Part shown: in pieces, positions 50,751 to 62,720 of the stretch
Numbering within the stretch: position 1 is the stretch's first letter
Layout of the letters: every line of letters starts with the position of its first letter
Source: Chiloscyllium plagiosum
Taxonomy: Eukaryota
NCBI RefSeq assembly: GCF_004010195.1
Contig: NC_057718.1
Span: 59,755,622-59,819,621 of the forward strand
Reading direction: 5' to 3'
DNA: 64,000 bases
Program-made: the position numbers and the translations under genes
Notes under the pieces: generated by a model
What the model was told of the DNA's origin: nothing
The model's input: the letters and a program-made list of their open reading frames with translations, nothing else
The model's database searches: none

Positions 50751-50964
50751 ATGAAAGTTTGCTTGCTGAGCTGGAAGGTTCATTTTCAGATATTTTGTCA
50801 ACCTACTAGGTAACATCATCAGTGAGCCTCCAGTGCTTCACTGGAAGCTCACTGATGATGTTACCTAGTAAGGTGACGAAATGTATGAAAATGAACCTTC
50901 CAGCTCAGCGAGCAAACTTACATCTAGAACCTCAACCTGAGCTGCAAATCTTCCCAAAACTTGC
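50751..50964. mobile_element. Penelope-like terminal palindrome (another family) with a 3-nt loop
   Basis: Arms 50751-50835 and 50839-50923, loop ctt. The right arm has an extra about 40-nt tail. Confidence 0.85.
50849..50888 (+). ncRNA. Minimal hammerhead ribozyme motif
   Basis: tca-CTGATGA-t-GTTACC-tagtaa-GGTGAC-GAAA-TGTA-tga. Helix I is tca/tga, helix II has 6 bp (one G-U), and the core is intact. Confidence 0.72.
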
Positions 50965-51409
50965 AACTTCTAAACTGTGAAATTTCGATTTCCACCCTGT
51001 GAGTTACAAAGCCTACTTGTGTGCATAGAGATGTCATAATATTGTCGGTGAACTGATTGGTGTTAATTTACTGGAATGGTTTCTATTTTAAACTTATAAG
51101 TGAAACCAGAAATCATGCATCACAGACTACATCAATATTATTTCACATTTGTACATGGGTTAGTTGTTTGCGGTTTTTGGGAGGTTCAATCTTTTTGAAT
51201 GCTGCTGTCCAGATATTGCATTAGGCCAGGTTCAAAGTAACTGATCTGGTTAGTAATATGAATGACCAAGTTATCATTACAAAGCTGAAATAAGAATGGT
51301 ATCTTTACCATTGTTACTGATATCTGTGCTTATAATGGACTTTACAAATAGAGGACTGGAACACAAAAGTGAAGTGGTTTGTGAGAACCTACTAAAATAG
51401 TTCACAACC

Positions 51410-52920
51410 ACCTTCTGATGTTCCCAACATCAGAGATGCCAATCTGATCAACTTCACATGGTATCAAAAAATAACTATAAATCAGGAGAAACTCTCCATT
51501 GGTTGGGATATCTGACTATAAAGATGATGATTGTAATGTTTAGAGGTCAATGATCTCAGGACGTCTGTGCAGGAATCTCTCAAATTAGTCTTCTAGGCAA
51601 GCATCTTTAACTACTCCGTCAAAGACCTTCCCTCAATCACAAAGTTGGATATTCGCTAATGATTGCACAATCTTCAGCATCATTTGTGACTCCTTAGACA
51701 TTGAAGCAATCCACATTCAGATGCATAAGACCTGGACAATATCCAGGCTTGGGCTAATAAGTGTCATGCAATTGCTAGGCAGGCAATGACCACAAGTCAG
51801 AACCTAACCATCATTACTTGGCATTCAATGGCATTGCTGTTGCTGAATTCACTGCTATTACCATTGACCAGAAACTGATTTGAACAGCTATATCAGTTGT
51901 ATGGCTTTATGAGCAGGTCAGGCGCTACATAGACTGGGGTTGTTTTCCTTGGAGAAAGGAAGACTGGAGTGAGTACTTGACTGAAGTGCACAAAATTATG
52001 AGGGCTATATATAGGGTCGCTATGAATAAACTACTCCCATTAGCAGAGGAGTCAAATACCAGGGGACATTGATTTAAGGTAAGTGGTAGGAGATGTAGAG
52101 GGAATTTAAGGCGAATTCTTTTTTTTCAACACGAGGCTCGGGGGGGGGGGTGAGGGGGGTGGTATCTAGAATTCACAGCCTGAAAGATGGTATGGGCAGA
52201 AACCATTACAACATTAAAAAAAAATGAACTGTTGATATGCGTTAGCAGATCAAGTCCTGGACCAAGTCATGGGAAATGAGATGAGACTAGATAGGTGATG
52301 ACCACCAGCACAGGCACAATGAGCCGAGTGGCAACTTTCCATGCTATACTATTCTGTGACTATGAACTTGTGATGATTAACTCAACTCCTGTCTCCCCAG
52401 TGCATCCACTATCCATTAAACCCAAGTTAGACATGTGATGGAATATTCTCCACTTACCTGGATTGGTGTAGCTCTACCAACACTCAATAAGCCTGACAAC
52501 ACCCGGAATAAAGCAGCTTGCTTGATTAGCACCCCATCTAGCAACTTCACCATTCACTCCCTTCACCACTGCTACACAATTGCAGCAGTGTGCACAATTT
52601 CCAAGGTGCACTGCATTAGCTCATCAAGGCTTTTGTGATAGCTCCTTCCAAACCTGCAAGTTTTACAACCTAGAAGATCAAAGGCAGTAAATATTTGGGA
52701 AAGCTATCACCAACAAGCTCTCCTCCAAGCCTCACACCATCTGCACCATATCCTGCACTGCCACAGGCTCAAAAATCATGGAACCCCACTCCTAAGTCGC
52801 TACATCCCCAGGTCTAAAATCTTAACAAAGGCAGCTCATCACCAACTTCTCCAGGAAAACTGAGGATGGATAATTAATGTTGGCCTAGCCAGTGATGCCC
52901 ACTCGCCAAAGACAAAAATA
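51410..52920 (+). mobile_element. Old LINE (second family) with a nested CR1 3' end at about 51925-52365
   Basis: 'ttcgctaatgattgcac' (FA(D)DCT) RT motif; ORF 52435-52638 MEYSPLTW..KAACLI; 3' end 'ggcctagccagtgatgcccac'. Confidence 0.7.
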
Positions 52921-53149
52921 AAATACTGTGAGTGTGGTTCCATATTTCAGGCAGCCAAAGATTGTGGTAAAAGGCTCAGAAGCACAAACAGTACCCGGAC
53001 CTATGATTCCTCTCCTTGGTTCTGGTAGCAAAAAGTTCAATGATGTTGTACAAGGAGTTAAGTTAGGTGAATTTTACCATTGTGACCAAAAGGATCCTGT
53101 GATGGTTGGTAACAGATAGAAAGTCAGGCATGGCACTGTTATTGCATTC

Positions 53150-54290
53150 ATCGGTACCACCATCAGATGAATCGGTCATGGACAACGCCTGGCCTGAAAG
53201 GACCGATGTTGGTTGCCACTTTCCTTAATCTCTCCTGTTCCTTCTCTTCTTCCACTTCATCTACCACCTCAGCTGCTTGCTATAGAACTACTGGCAAGAT
53301 CAGTTTCTTGGCAAGATTGTGCAGATTAATGTTTCAGGTAATAAAGCATTGTTTAAGCATCCACTGAGCTGCTCCATAATGTTCACACAGGGGTATCACA
53401 TGTGTTTAGGTTGCACATGATGGCACAGTGGTTAACACTGCTGCCTCACAGCGCCAGGGACTCAGGTTCCATTCCAGCCTTGGTTGACTGTCTGTGTGGA
53501 GTTTGCACATTCTCCCCGTGTCTGTGTGGGTTTCCTCTGGGGGCTCCGGTTTCCTCCCACAGTCCAAAGATGTTCATGTCAGGTGAACTGGCCATGTTAA
53601 ATTGCCCTAGTGTTAGGTGCATTAGTCAGAGCGAAATGGGTCTGGGTGGGTTACTCTTCGGAGGGCCGGTGTGGACTTGTTGGTCCGAAGGGCCTGTTTC
53701 CAAACTGTAAGAAGTCTAATAAGTCTAATAAGTCCTGTGGTCAGTGAATAGACCTGGTCACCCAAGAGGCATCTTCTGCTTTGTTGTGGTAACTCAAATA
53801 ATTGTGGTACATGAACTTGCACAGAATTAGAACAACCTGACTGCTTACCAGGGTAGTGGTATTTGCCTACATGATGTGCTGAGTAACAACATTGCAAAAT
53901 TGGAACCCTTTGAGGTTGTGGCGTAACTCTGAATCTAGATGCAATACCCACATAACAATGTATGAAGTCAATGGCACCCTGCATCATGGAAAGATCCGTT
54001 ATGCTGATGAAAGCATGTCTTTCTTCCAGTTACTACTTTTATCTGGAAAGAGTGAAAGAAATGTTTTCCCAATCCTTGCGCTAAAATTGACAATTGATGG
54101 CAAACTAAAATACCTTGAAGGTATCAATTATTCCAGCCTGGGATTTGTTTAGCGAAAATGTTCAGCTCCTTGATCACCTTTACAACCACTGGCAGTTTTG
54201 TCCTCACCCTACTGGAGGCTGGAGTTCTGATGGCAACAAATAGAAGACTTCTGCAAGCATTCACTAAGTGAAATAAAGGCAGTGCACATG
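53150..54290 (-). pseudogene. PIF/Harbinger (HARBI1-like) DDE transposase relic, nearly full length, split by an HE1 SINE
   Basis: RTKLPVVVKVIKELNIFA (ORF 54124-54372); MQGAIDFIH..HYPG..VPQLFE..LLGDQVYSL (ORF 53622-53987). After the SINE: NIMEQ..LKQCF..LHNLAKK and an acidic tail VVDEVEEEKEQE. Confidence 0.82.
53411..53734 (+). mobile_element. HE1-type tRNA-derived V-SINE
   Basis: 'tggcacagtggttaacactgctgcctcacagcgccaggga', 'gtgtggagtttgcacattctccccgtgtctg', a CR1-like 3' end and a (aagtctaat)n tail. Confidence 0.92.
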
Positions 54291-54309
54291 CTGTACTTCC
54301 CAGAGTTTG

Positions 54310-55435
54310 GAACATGGGAGTGGAAATAGACAATTTAGTCTTTGAATCCACTCTGCCATTTAACATAATCATGGCTGATGTTATCCTGGTCTCAAATCTA
54401 CTTTAATGCCTAACCCTTTATCCTGTTTTACATCATAAACGTATCTCTTTCTTTCTTGCATCTGTTGATTTGAGTTTGCCTTTACTGGACGCTGGGACAG
54501 TGAGTTCCACAGATTCACAATCCTCTGAGAGAAATAGTTTGCCCTCATCTGAGTTCTGAATCTACCTCCCTCACTCTGTGTCTATGATCGCTTGTTCAAG
54601 ACTGTCCCACATCTGTTCAACAACCACCTTATTAATGTCCTTTGCATTTTATATACCTTAATCTGGTTCACCCACCTCTTCTGAATTCCAGCCAGTACAA
54701 GCTTATGCTATTCAACCATTCTTCGTACAACAACCCTTTCATCTCTGGCATCAATCTGGTGAACCTCCTCTGAAATGCCTCCAGTGCCATCACATCCTTC
54801 CTCAAGCGAGGAGACCCCAAACTGGACACAATACTCCAGGTGTGGTTTCACCAATACCTTATATAATTGTAACAACACTTCTTTACTTCTATAATCCAGT
54901 CCTTTTTCAATAAATGCCAAGATTCCATTTGCTTTCTTATTAAATGCTACACTTACATAGCCACTTTCTGTGATTCATGTACCAAGACACCCAGATCTAG
55001 ACTGATGCACTTTGAATCTGCTTTCCATTTAAATAATGATTTGCTTTTATTTTTCCAGCTAAAATGGACAACCTCACACTTGACCACATTAAACTCCATC
55101 TACCAAATTCTGTCCCATTTTCCTTGCCTATCAACATCCATTCACTGTTTATCTCCTCATTGCAACCTGCTTTGCCACCTATTTTAGTAAGATCCACAAA
55201 TTTTGTCCCTGCTTGCAAATAATTTATAAAGATTGGAAATAGCTAAGGTCTGAGAATTGAACCCTACGGCACCCCAATGGTTAAAGTTTGCCATCCAGGG
55301 AAGGGCCTATTTTTCCCAACTTTCTACTTTCTGTCAGTCAGCCAATCCTCAATCCAAACCTCTACCCTTAACCTCCAGGGATTTAACCTTCTGTATCTGT
55401 ATTTTATGTGGCACCTTGTCAAATGAGAGCCTTGC
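54310..55435 (-). mobile_element. CR1-type LINE remnant
   Basis: ORF 54708-54920 [22 protein letters not shown] (ORF 55349-55567). Confidence 0.88.
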
Positions 55436-57774
55436 AATAAGAGTCTTGCTCCCTAAAGACCTGTGACCTCCTTCTAAGAGCTCTTCTCTCAAATTTCTCC
55501 CACTTTGACTGGTTGTCCTTCTCTCTATTACCCGTACTTGCCTTGCTACAGGACTGACAACATACAAAGAACAGCAGCCATCTTTGAAAGCATGGAGTGT
55601 GATTAGAACATTTGAAAGTTGAACATACCATTCCTTGTAAACTTAATGTTACTGTACAAACTTCCATGCACTTCAACTAATTAACAACTTACAAAAGAAA
55701 TCAATCAGTAACTAGTAATTCATGATCCTTTTAAATACTCTGCTCCAAATGATTATATGCACAATGCATATGCCATTTTGGCACCAAAATATTGCCCAAC
55801 TCTAGTTGCCCTTTGAAGGTGATGGTGAGCTACCTTCTTGAACTACTGGAATCCATGTGCTGTTCTTTATTCTATCTGTATTATCTGTCAGACTAGACAG
55901 TTAATGGTATTGCATGTGTATGATTACACTGATGTTGAATTAATAATTTAAGCATCATTTGGGCAAACAGCTAAGAAATAACCAGCAGTGTTTTTTTCAT
56001 AATATGCAACAGCCAATGAAATGGGAATTCAGGGTTGACGGTGACAGCTGCTGGAAGATGTTAAGGGCCAAGCATGTAGTCAGAAACTCATGTACCAAAT
56101 ATTCAATGCCTAGCTTGAATAGGATACAAAGTGGCAGAAGTTGTTTCTATAACTCTTAAACCAGTGACACCACCATTCAGCTGAGTGTGATAAATGTCCT
56201 TGAGCATGTTCAGATGGATGGTGACAATGTGCTCACATTTTATGATGACTTGTGTTCCTCACCATACTTTTTGGGAGAAATTCCAATTATCTTCTACCTC
56301 TCTAATGATAACTGAAATCCATACTTCCAGGTTTTCCTATGATTATTTAGTGACTTAGCTGTTATATTACCTCTCTAGGTCATGCTAGTGAAACAAATCC
56401 AATATGTGGTTTATTTTACTTTGTTCAGTCGTTTAGGATGTTTGATAGTTTCCATATCTTTCAATAATAATCTGAATATTCTTGATTCAGCACAGCATGA
56501 TAAAGTGTTCACAGTTGACATTCATTTTATAGTTTGCTAAGCATTAGTGTGATTTATTATCAGAATTTGTGTTTACCTATCAATTACATCTGAATATACA
56601 TTTACCTGATGTTGTACTATTTTTAGGATTACTAACAAAACACTGCCAGAAAAGTAACCTTGAGTTTAGCTCTGTTAATTTGGGTTGGTACAGTAGCTGA
56701 TACCGTTTGTCTTGTCAAAGATTAGTTCTAGTCTACTGGTAACAGTTGGCAAGATGGAATTCCACCTCGTTATGCCATAACACTGAGCCAGTTCTTCAGT
56801 TGATTGTTGGAGTGATTGCACATTATTCATCCGATTTATATAAAGCATTTCATAATCAATTTTCATAATCTCATTTATATTGTAAATTGAGAAACCTTTC
56901 CAGTTAATTCAATTGAAACAATTTTGTGGGGCTTGAAAATGTAAACCTTCCAATTTTAGGATGAGTGGACAATGTGCTTTGTTTTGCACTTAAAATCTGA
57001 TCCCTGGTTTATTTTTCTTTCACTATTCAGTCCAAAGTGCCTCGGAGAATAAATTTGCTTGTAACAAACATGGACATATGACATCAAAACTATTTGCAAT
57101 GTTACCGATTCCAATGTTTTGGAATAGTGAATATTGAATAATTAAACAATAAGTGGTATAAAAGCTATTTTCTTTTTATTTACAACTGGGAAATACTGCT
57201 CATGCATGACTTGCTTTTTTGGTCAGTAATTGAAAATTGAAGTATACATTATGTCAAAAGGATTGTACTAACTTGCATCGAACATAACTAACTGGCTGGA
57301 ATTGTGTTTCCGATTGTTCTCAAATAGCCACACAGTTTGGTAAGTTACTGAAGGGATCATGAGTGAAAAAGGATGAATTTATATAATGTTTTACAACTAA
57401 AGTTCTAAAAATTAAGATTAGCACTTAGAGATTTCATGCAGGTTATGGTAAATTATAACCTTGCATCAAATGACTAATGGACAATTCAAGTTGTCAAGTA
57501 ACACTTTAGTCCTCTGTAATATTTGATAAGAGTTTTTATTTTAGAACATACGATGAACAATATGTAAAGACAGTAAATCTCTTTGATAATAATAGCCTGT
57601 TATAATAATACATTTGAGTTGTATCTGTTGATTTCTTATATTATGGACATTGTAAAATCTTTGAACCACAGTTAAATTCATCGGAAGAGATTTACCTTAG
57701 AGCGATGATCATCAGGAACTCTAATTTCATTGAATGTTAATAGTCTTAATTCAATAATTAATCATTTAAAAAAG

Positions 57775-58212
57775 AAGACCTTGCATTGATATAGCATCTT
57801 TCATAATTCTAGAATGTCCTTAAGAACCTTATAGACAATGAAATGCTTTTGAAATGTTATCAGTTTTGTAATGCAGGAAAACATGGCAATCAATAGCTAG
57901 TTCACTGTTGGCAATAATAAACGTGACCAGATAATATCCTGTTCTTTTATGTTGTTAGTTTAGGAATAAAAATTGACTAGACTATTGGAGAGTGTCCTGA
58001 TCATTTTTGGAAAAGGGTCATGGGATATTTCATGACAATCTGAGAGGGAAGGCCAGGCCTTTGATTAATCTCTCATTGGCATATCCATCAAAACAATGCT
58101 TCTTCAGTTTGAAGTGTCAGTCTGGATTATTGCTCAAGTCTCTTAGGTCTAGCTTGAGGCCAAAGATGTTCTATTTTAGAGGCATAAGAAATATCACTGA
58201 GTCAAGGCTGTT
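57775..58212 (-). mobile_element. SacSINE1/DeuSINE-like SINE
   Basis: Recognised sequence order 'cttgcattgatatagcatctttca..aatgaaatgcttttgaa..tgtaatgcaggaaa..gaccagataat..catgggata..ctgagaggg..gtgtcagtctggattattgctcaagtctc' on the reverse strand. Confidence 0.65.
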
Positions 58213-61029
58213 ACTTCAGAGGCAATCTTGAAATTCTGTCTAGTTTGTGACTGTCATTGCAAAATCTTACCATTTGCATTGTCTTTTGTTCTCTTTTCTT
58301 CCTTCACTGGAGCGCACTTTTTAGAATTCTATCTTATTCATTCATTGATGCTCACCTCCTTATATTTTAACCTCTTTGTAGATAGAAGAATATTAATATT
58401 CTGTTTTTCTTTTCTAATGCAAGTTAAATTTTATTGTGCTTTTGATGACTGTAACAGGCAGTTTTATTTGGGAAACAGCATCTCATGCGAAAATATTTTG
58501 AAATGTCTTCACTACCTAAAATTGGTTAATAGCATAACTGAGGATTTTTGACTTCTTTTTCAGAAAGAAAAGCAAGAAATCAAATTATTACAAAAAATAC
58601 AACCTTTGAAATATTTTCCAAGAATGTCTTGCTGCTTAAAATAAATAGATGATTTGACAATTAATTGTTTTAGCAATGACATGTCTTCCTTGTTACTACC
58701 ATTCCAGTGATTAAAAGTATTCTTTCTTGGTACGGGTATTAATACATTTATAAAACATTTCTATGAAACTGACCCCCAATCCTCCCAACAGTCTGCAATG
58801 TCATGTATGCTTCACACTGGTCCTCTTCATATTGACATGCTGAACTAGTTTGTTGTTGGAGTACAGAGCCATCCTCAGCCTGACTTTTCTGACTTCTCCA
58901 TGCTGCTGCAGAACTGAAAGCAGGGAAGGTTTAAACCATACCTATTCATTTTATCGTCATTTTATTTTCTTTTACAATTACATTTCTTTTTTTTTCACGT
59001 TTCTATAATAATAGTCATGTCTCACATATGACTACTGCACAAGAAAGTGAGTACAAAAGGATTGATTAGAGTGTCATCAGCATAGCAACATATTTTCTGC
59101 TATGTAGTAGCTATGAGAAATAATTGTAGTCTACAAAGTAACCATCATAAAGCTTATGATTAAGACACAAAACAAGGAATGCTGTGTTTTTTTTTCAATG
59201 TTAGGAGGTCTTAATTTAAAATTCCTGTTTGGAACTTAAATGCTACTTCAACATGCCCTGACTAATGATTTAAAATTTATTTTTATGCTTTGATTTATAT
59301 AACTTTGGTTCAATCACATCAGCTCAATCCAGAATAATCATTGTTATTTGATTAATTTTGCACAGGCTGTTAGCATGCATCCACCGGGGTATAAAAGGTT
59401 ACAGAGTCACAGGCCCCATTTTCATTTTGTTCTGTTTTTAAGTGTCTGAGAGCTTTCACTCATGAGCATTTAAATATGCTTCTCAACATATATCTTCCTC
59501 CTGATTGAGCTGAAGTTCTTCCATAGCACTATGTTACCATATAGGTCTTTGTGACTCTGGGCCATGCTGCTGATTAGAAAAATCAAACCATTCCAAGTAG
59601 CAGAATGTTTTATAAAAATGGGTGAACTCAAAACAGAAATGTTTAAAAAGTGCTTAGAATTGAGATACAGTAACATATGGACTGTGCTGTTATCCTGCAT
59701 TTATGATTTGACCATTCTGATTTATTTTTGTTTAATTTAGCCTTGAAAATCATTTATAATTTCTTAGCTTGTAGGAAAGGTGAGCATACACGAATCCCCT
59801 GAAGAGTTTCTAAAATGGTACAGTGCATTTCAGCAGTTTGGTAAAAAAACAAGAATTCCTTGGAGCATTTAGGTCCTTTTAATGAAATGTGCTCAATTTC
59901 CTCTTGGAAGGCTTTTTTAAAAAAAGCTTAGGAACGATGTCCAGGGATATTAGAGATTGGGTCAGCAAACATTTTGATTAGCAGGAAACCTAATTCTACA
60001 AAATTATCAACACAAATGCCACATTTTATATCTTCTCACTCACTAACACTGCAACTTTAGAGGTTTATAGTGTTCACAAATCAAAAGCTATCAGTCATCC
60101 AGGCCACAGCATTGTTTTGTCTAAGGGCTTCACAGTTCCAGGGCTAGCCCATGAAATAATAAATGACCAAGATTCACTAGTTTTCACAATATTGCTAATC
60201 TTGCAACTGATAATTGTCGTGGGAATTGGTGTCCACTTCTGGTCTGCTCTGTACTGATGTAAAAATAAGAACATTTCTGAAAGAAGGGAAAAACAAGAAT
60301 CTTCCATATTGTCATTTCAAACAACAGGTAATTAATGTAGTATCTTCAGTGTAGTGTTTCCCATTGACCTAGTGCTATAATGCAAGGCACACTAAAAGAA
60401 ATATTTAGTTTTCCAGCCTATAACTCATTTTCTTGGATGTTCAGGGTACTGAGGTCACCATCCTCCTCTACCCTAGTGATAAAATCAAGGGGGCCAGCTC
60501 ATTCCTGTTCCATGATTTTGCTAAGTTGGTCTTTCACAGCCCTCAAGCCATTAATTGGATTAAGCTGAGGATCTGTTGCCTGGCCCTAGCAAAGGCGGAT
60601 TAAGAGGGGCTGAGATAGACAGGGTTGGATGAATGGGAATGGGCAAGGAAAGACCTGAGGGGTGCCCATTGGGCTAGTTAAGGAGACATCACACCCACTT
60701 GCCCACTACCAGTTCACTCAGTGGAGGCTGTCCAGTTAGCCATTTAACATGGCTCTTTCCCTCTGTTTAAACCCCAGCAACTACAAGATCATGCCTTTAG
60801 GCTACTGATAATTGCCTAATGAACTCAATTGTCCCCCACATAGGTATTCTGTCTGACCCTTCATCTACCACTTGTATAATTAGGTTGGAAGCAGTGGATG
60901 ATGGGTAGTTAGTGGGCATGGCACTGTAACATTTTTTAGCAATACCCCTCCTGCACACCTAGAGCATGATAAAGTGCATCCAAACATCTGTAAGCATCAT
61001 TGGTTCAGGGAAAATATATTGGGTATTAG

Positions 61030-61840
61030 CAGGTCTGGTTAGCTTTAAATCAGTCCAGCAACCAAACAGGCAGAGGGGAATGGATGGTGGCAGAGAAGGA
61101 GTGAAAATGGCTGCATTGAGATACCGTATAACGAATGGACATTTTTGGAAGTCGGATAGATTTGCAGATTTTTGTTAGCAAAGTGATTCAAATGATATGA
61201 AGCAAAGGTGCGTAAAGTGGATTGAGGTACAGGGTAGCACAATAGGATTGAATGGAGGAGAAGGATCAAGGGGCAGGATGACCTACTCTCCTTTCTAATG
61301 TTTGTAAATTATAGCCATCCTGTATAAAATGAGCAGAGAGAGAGAGAGAGAAACAGGGAAGCATGCAAAAACATGCAGACTGTACAGTTAAGTGGTGAAT
61401 GACTGTTAACATAGGTAAATTGTGAGGTGATGCAGTTTGTTCGGAAAAACAAAAACAATGCTTTAGAAAGTAAGTAGCTGAATTGCAGTTAAAAAAGAAT
61501 ACAGTGAAGAACTTAATTTAAAGCTAATAAAACAGTATCACACGTGAGCAAAGGCATTAAAATTTGAACAGAGTACATGGATTTATTTCTTGGGGACTCT
61601 AATTCCAAAGTATTAAAGTTATGTTAAATTTGTATATAACCTTGGTCAGGCTGCATTTACAGTAATGTGCACGTCCGATGTAAAGTATATCGAAGCATAG
61701 TGAAAAAAGGATGTTACTTAAATTGAGAAAATACAGCTACAGTGAAAGAGTGGGGGCACATTTTGTTCAGAATATATTTAGAGCAGACCTGATTGATATT
61801 TTTAAACTGATGATTGAATCGGATATGGTAGATGTGGAGA
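61030..61840 (+). mobile_element. Very old CR1-type fragments, with a (GA)n tract at 61336-61352
   Basis: 'aaattgtgaggtgatgcagtttg' (KCEVMHFG-like) and 'ttgtatataaccttggtcaggctgcatttacag' (LYxxLVRPHL-like). Confidence 0.5.
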
Positions 61841-62079
61841 TAATGAGCTGAACTGTATTTTTAAAAATTAAGTCTGCGATGCATTGCATTTGTCACATTG
61901 AGGCCTAGTGAGTTCTTTCTTACTATCTTACCAAACTCACTTCATTAATCACCTACTAGATACAAATGGAGTCTCTCATGGCCTGATTTCCACCCTGTCT
62001 TACGACACTGCATTTCCAGAATAATTCACCATTCAGCGGAATTTCACTTAAACACCGATATCCCTTCAAACTGTGTCAT

Positions 62080-62720
62080 CTTTACAAACTCATTGTGCAC
62101 ATCAACAAGCACTGTCCATTCAGAAATGCCCAGCATAGTTGTTGAAATGTAATTTGGCATTGTAGACAAGGGTACATTGATACCCGGTTTGCAAGCAAGG
62201 ACCTGGAAACTTTCTTTGATAGCTCAAACTCACTGTATCTGCAACTGTAGCCATCTCCCACTAAGGCTTCATTCTCTGACACATTCATTATTGTCTGCAA
62301 TATCTTTCCTCACTCACTCTCAGCCGTCTTTGCCCTTGACACCAATGCCCTCTGCACTCCCTTGGGACACTTCCTGATCTGCACATACAGTAACAGCTGC
62401 GCCATTCACTTTAATCTCCCATAATACCTACCTCACCTTTGATTGAGTAGGGAAAAACTCCCAATAGATTAGAAAGACTCAAGATGAAAGGTTGACTGCC
62501 CAGTATTCGACTCCTCAACCCTCATGAGCAGAAAAACTTGACTCTGACTGCCCGGACATATATCGGAGACTGCTCTTGGCTAACTGTGGTGAGGACACTT
62601 GGATGAAGGCTACTCTCTTTGATGTGACTGAGGACTGCAGCAAAATGAGTTGGCTCTCTCTAGCTGAGGGATCAAAATGAACTGCAATAATGCTGCGAGC
62701 ATCCAGATAGGCACAGAGTG
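62080..62720 (+). pseudogene. Harbinger Myb/SANT-like partner gene relic
   Basis: After 'gtag' at about 62450: KTPNRLERLKMKG*LPSIRLLNPHEQK, parallel to exon 2 at 38275. Confidence 0.5.

Noticed and set aside
52140..52163. G-rich run, potential G-quadruplex (also about 48269-48289)
   Set aside because: Homopolymer expansions within decayed LINEs; no evidence of function.
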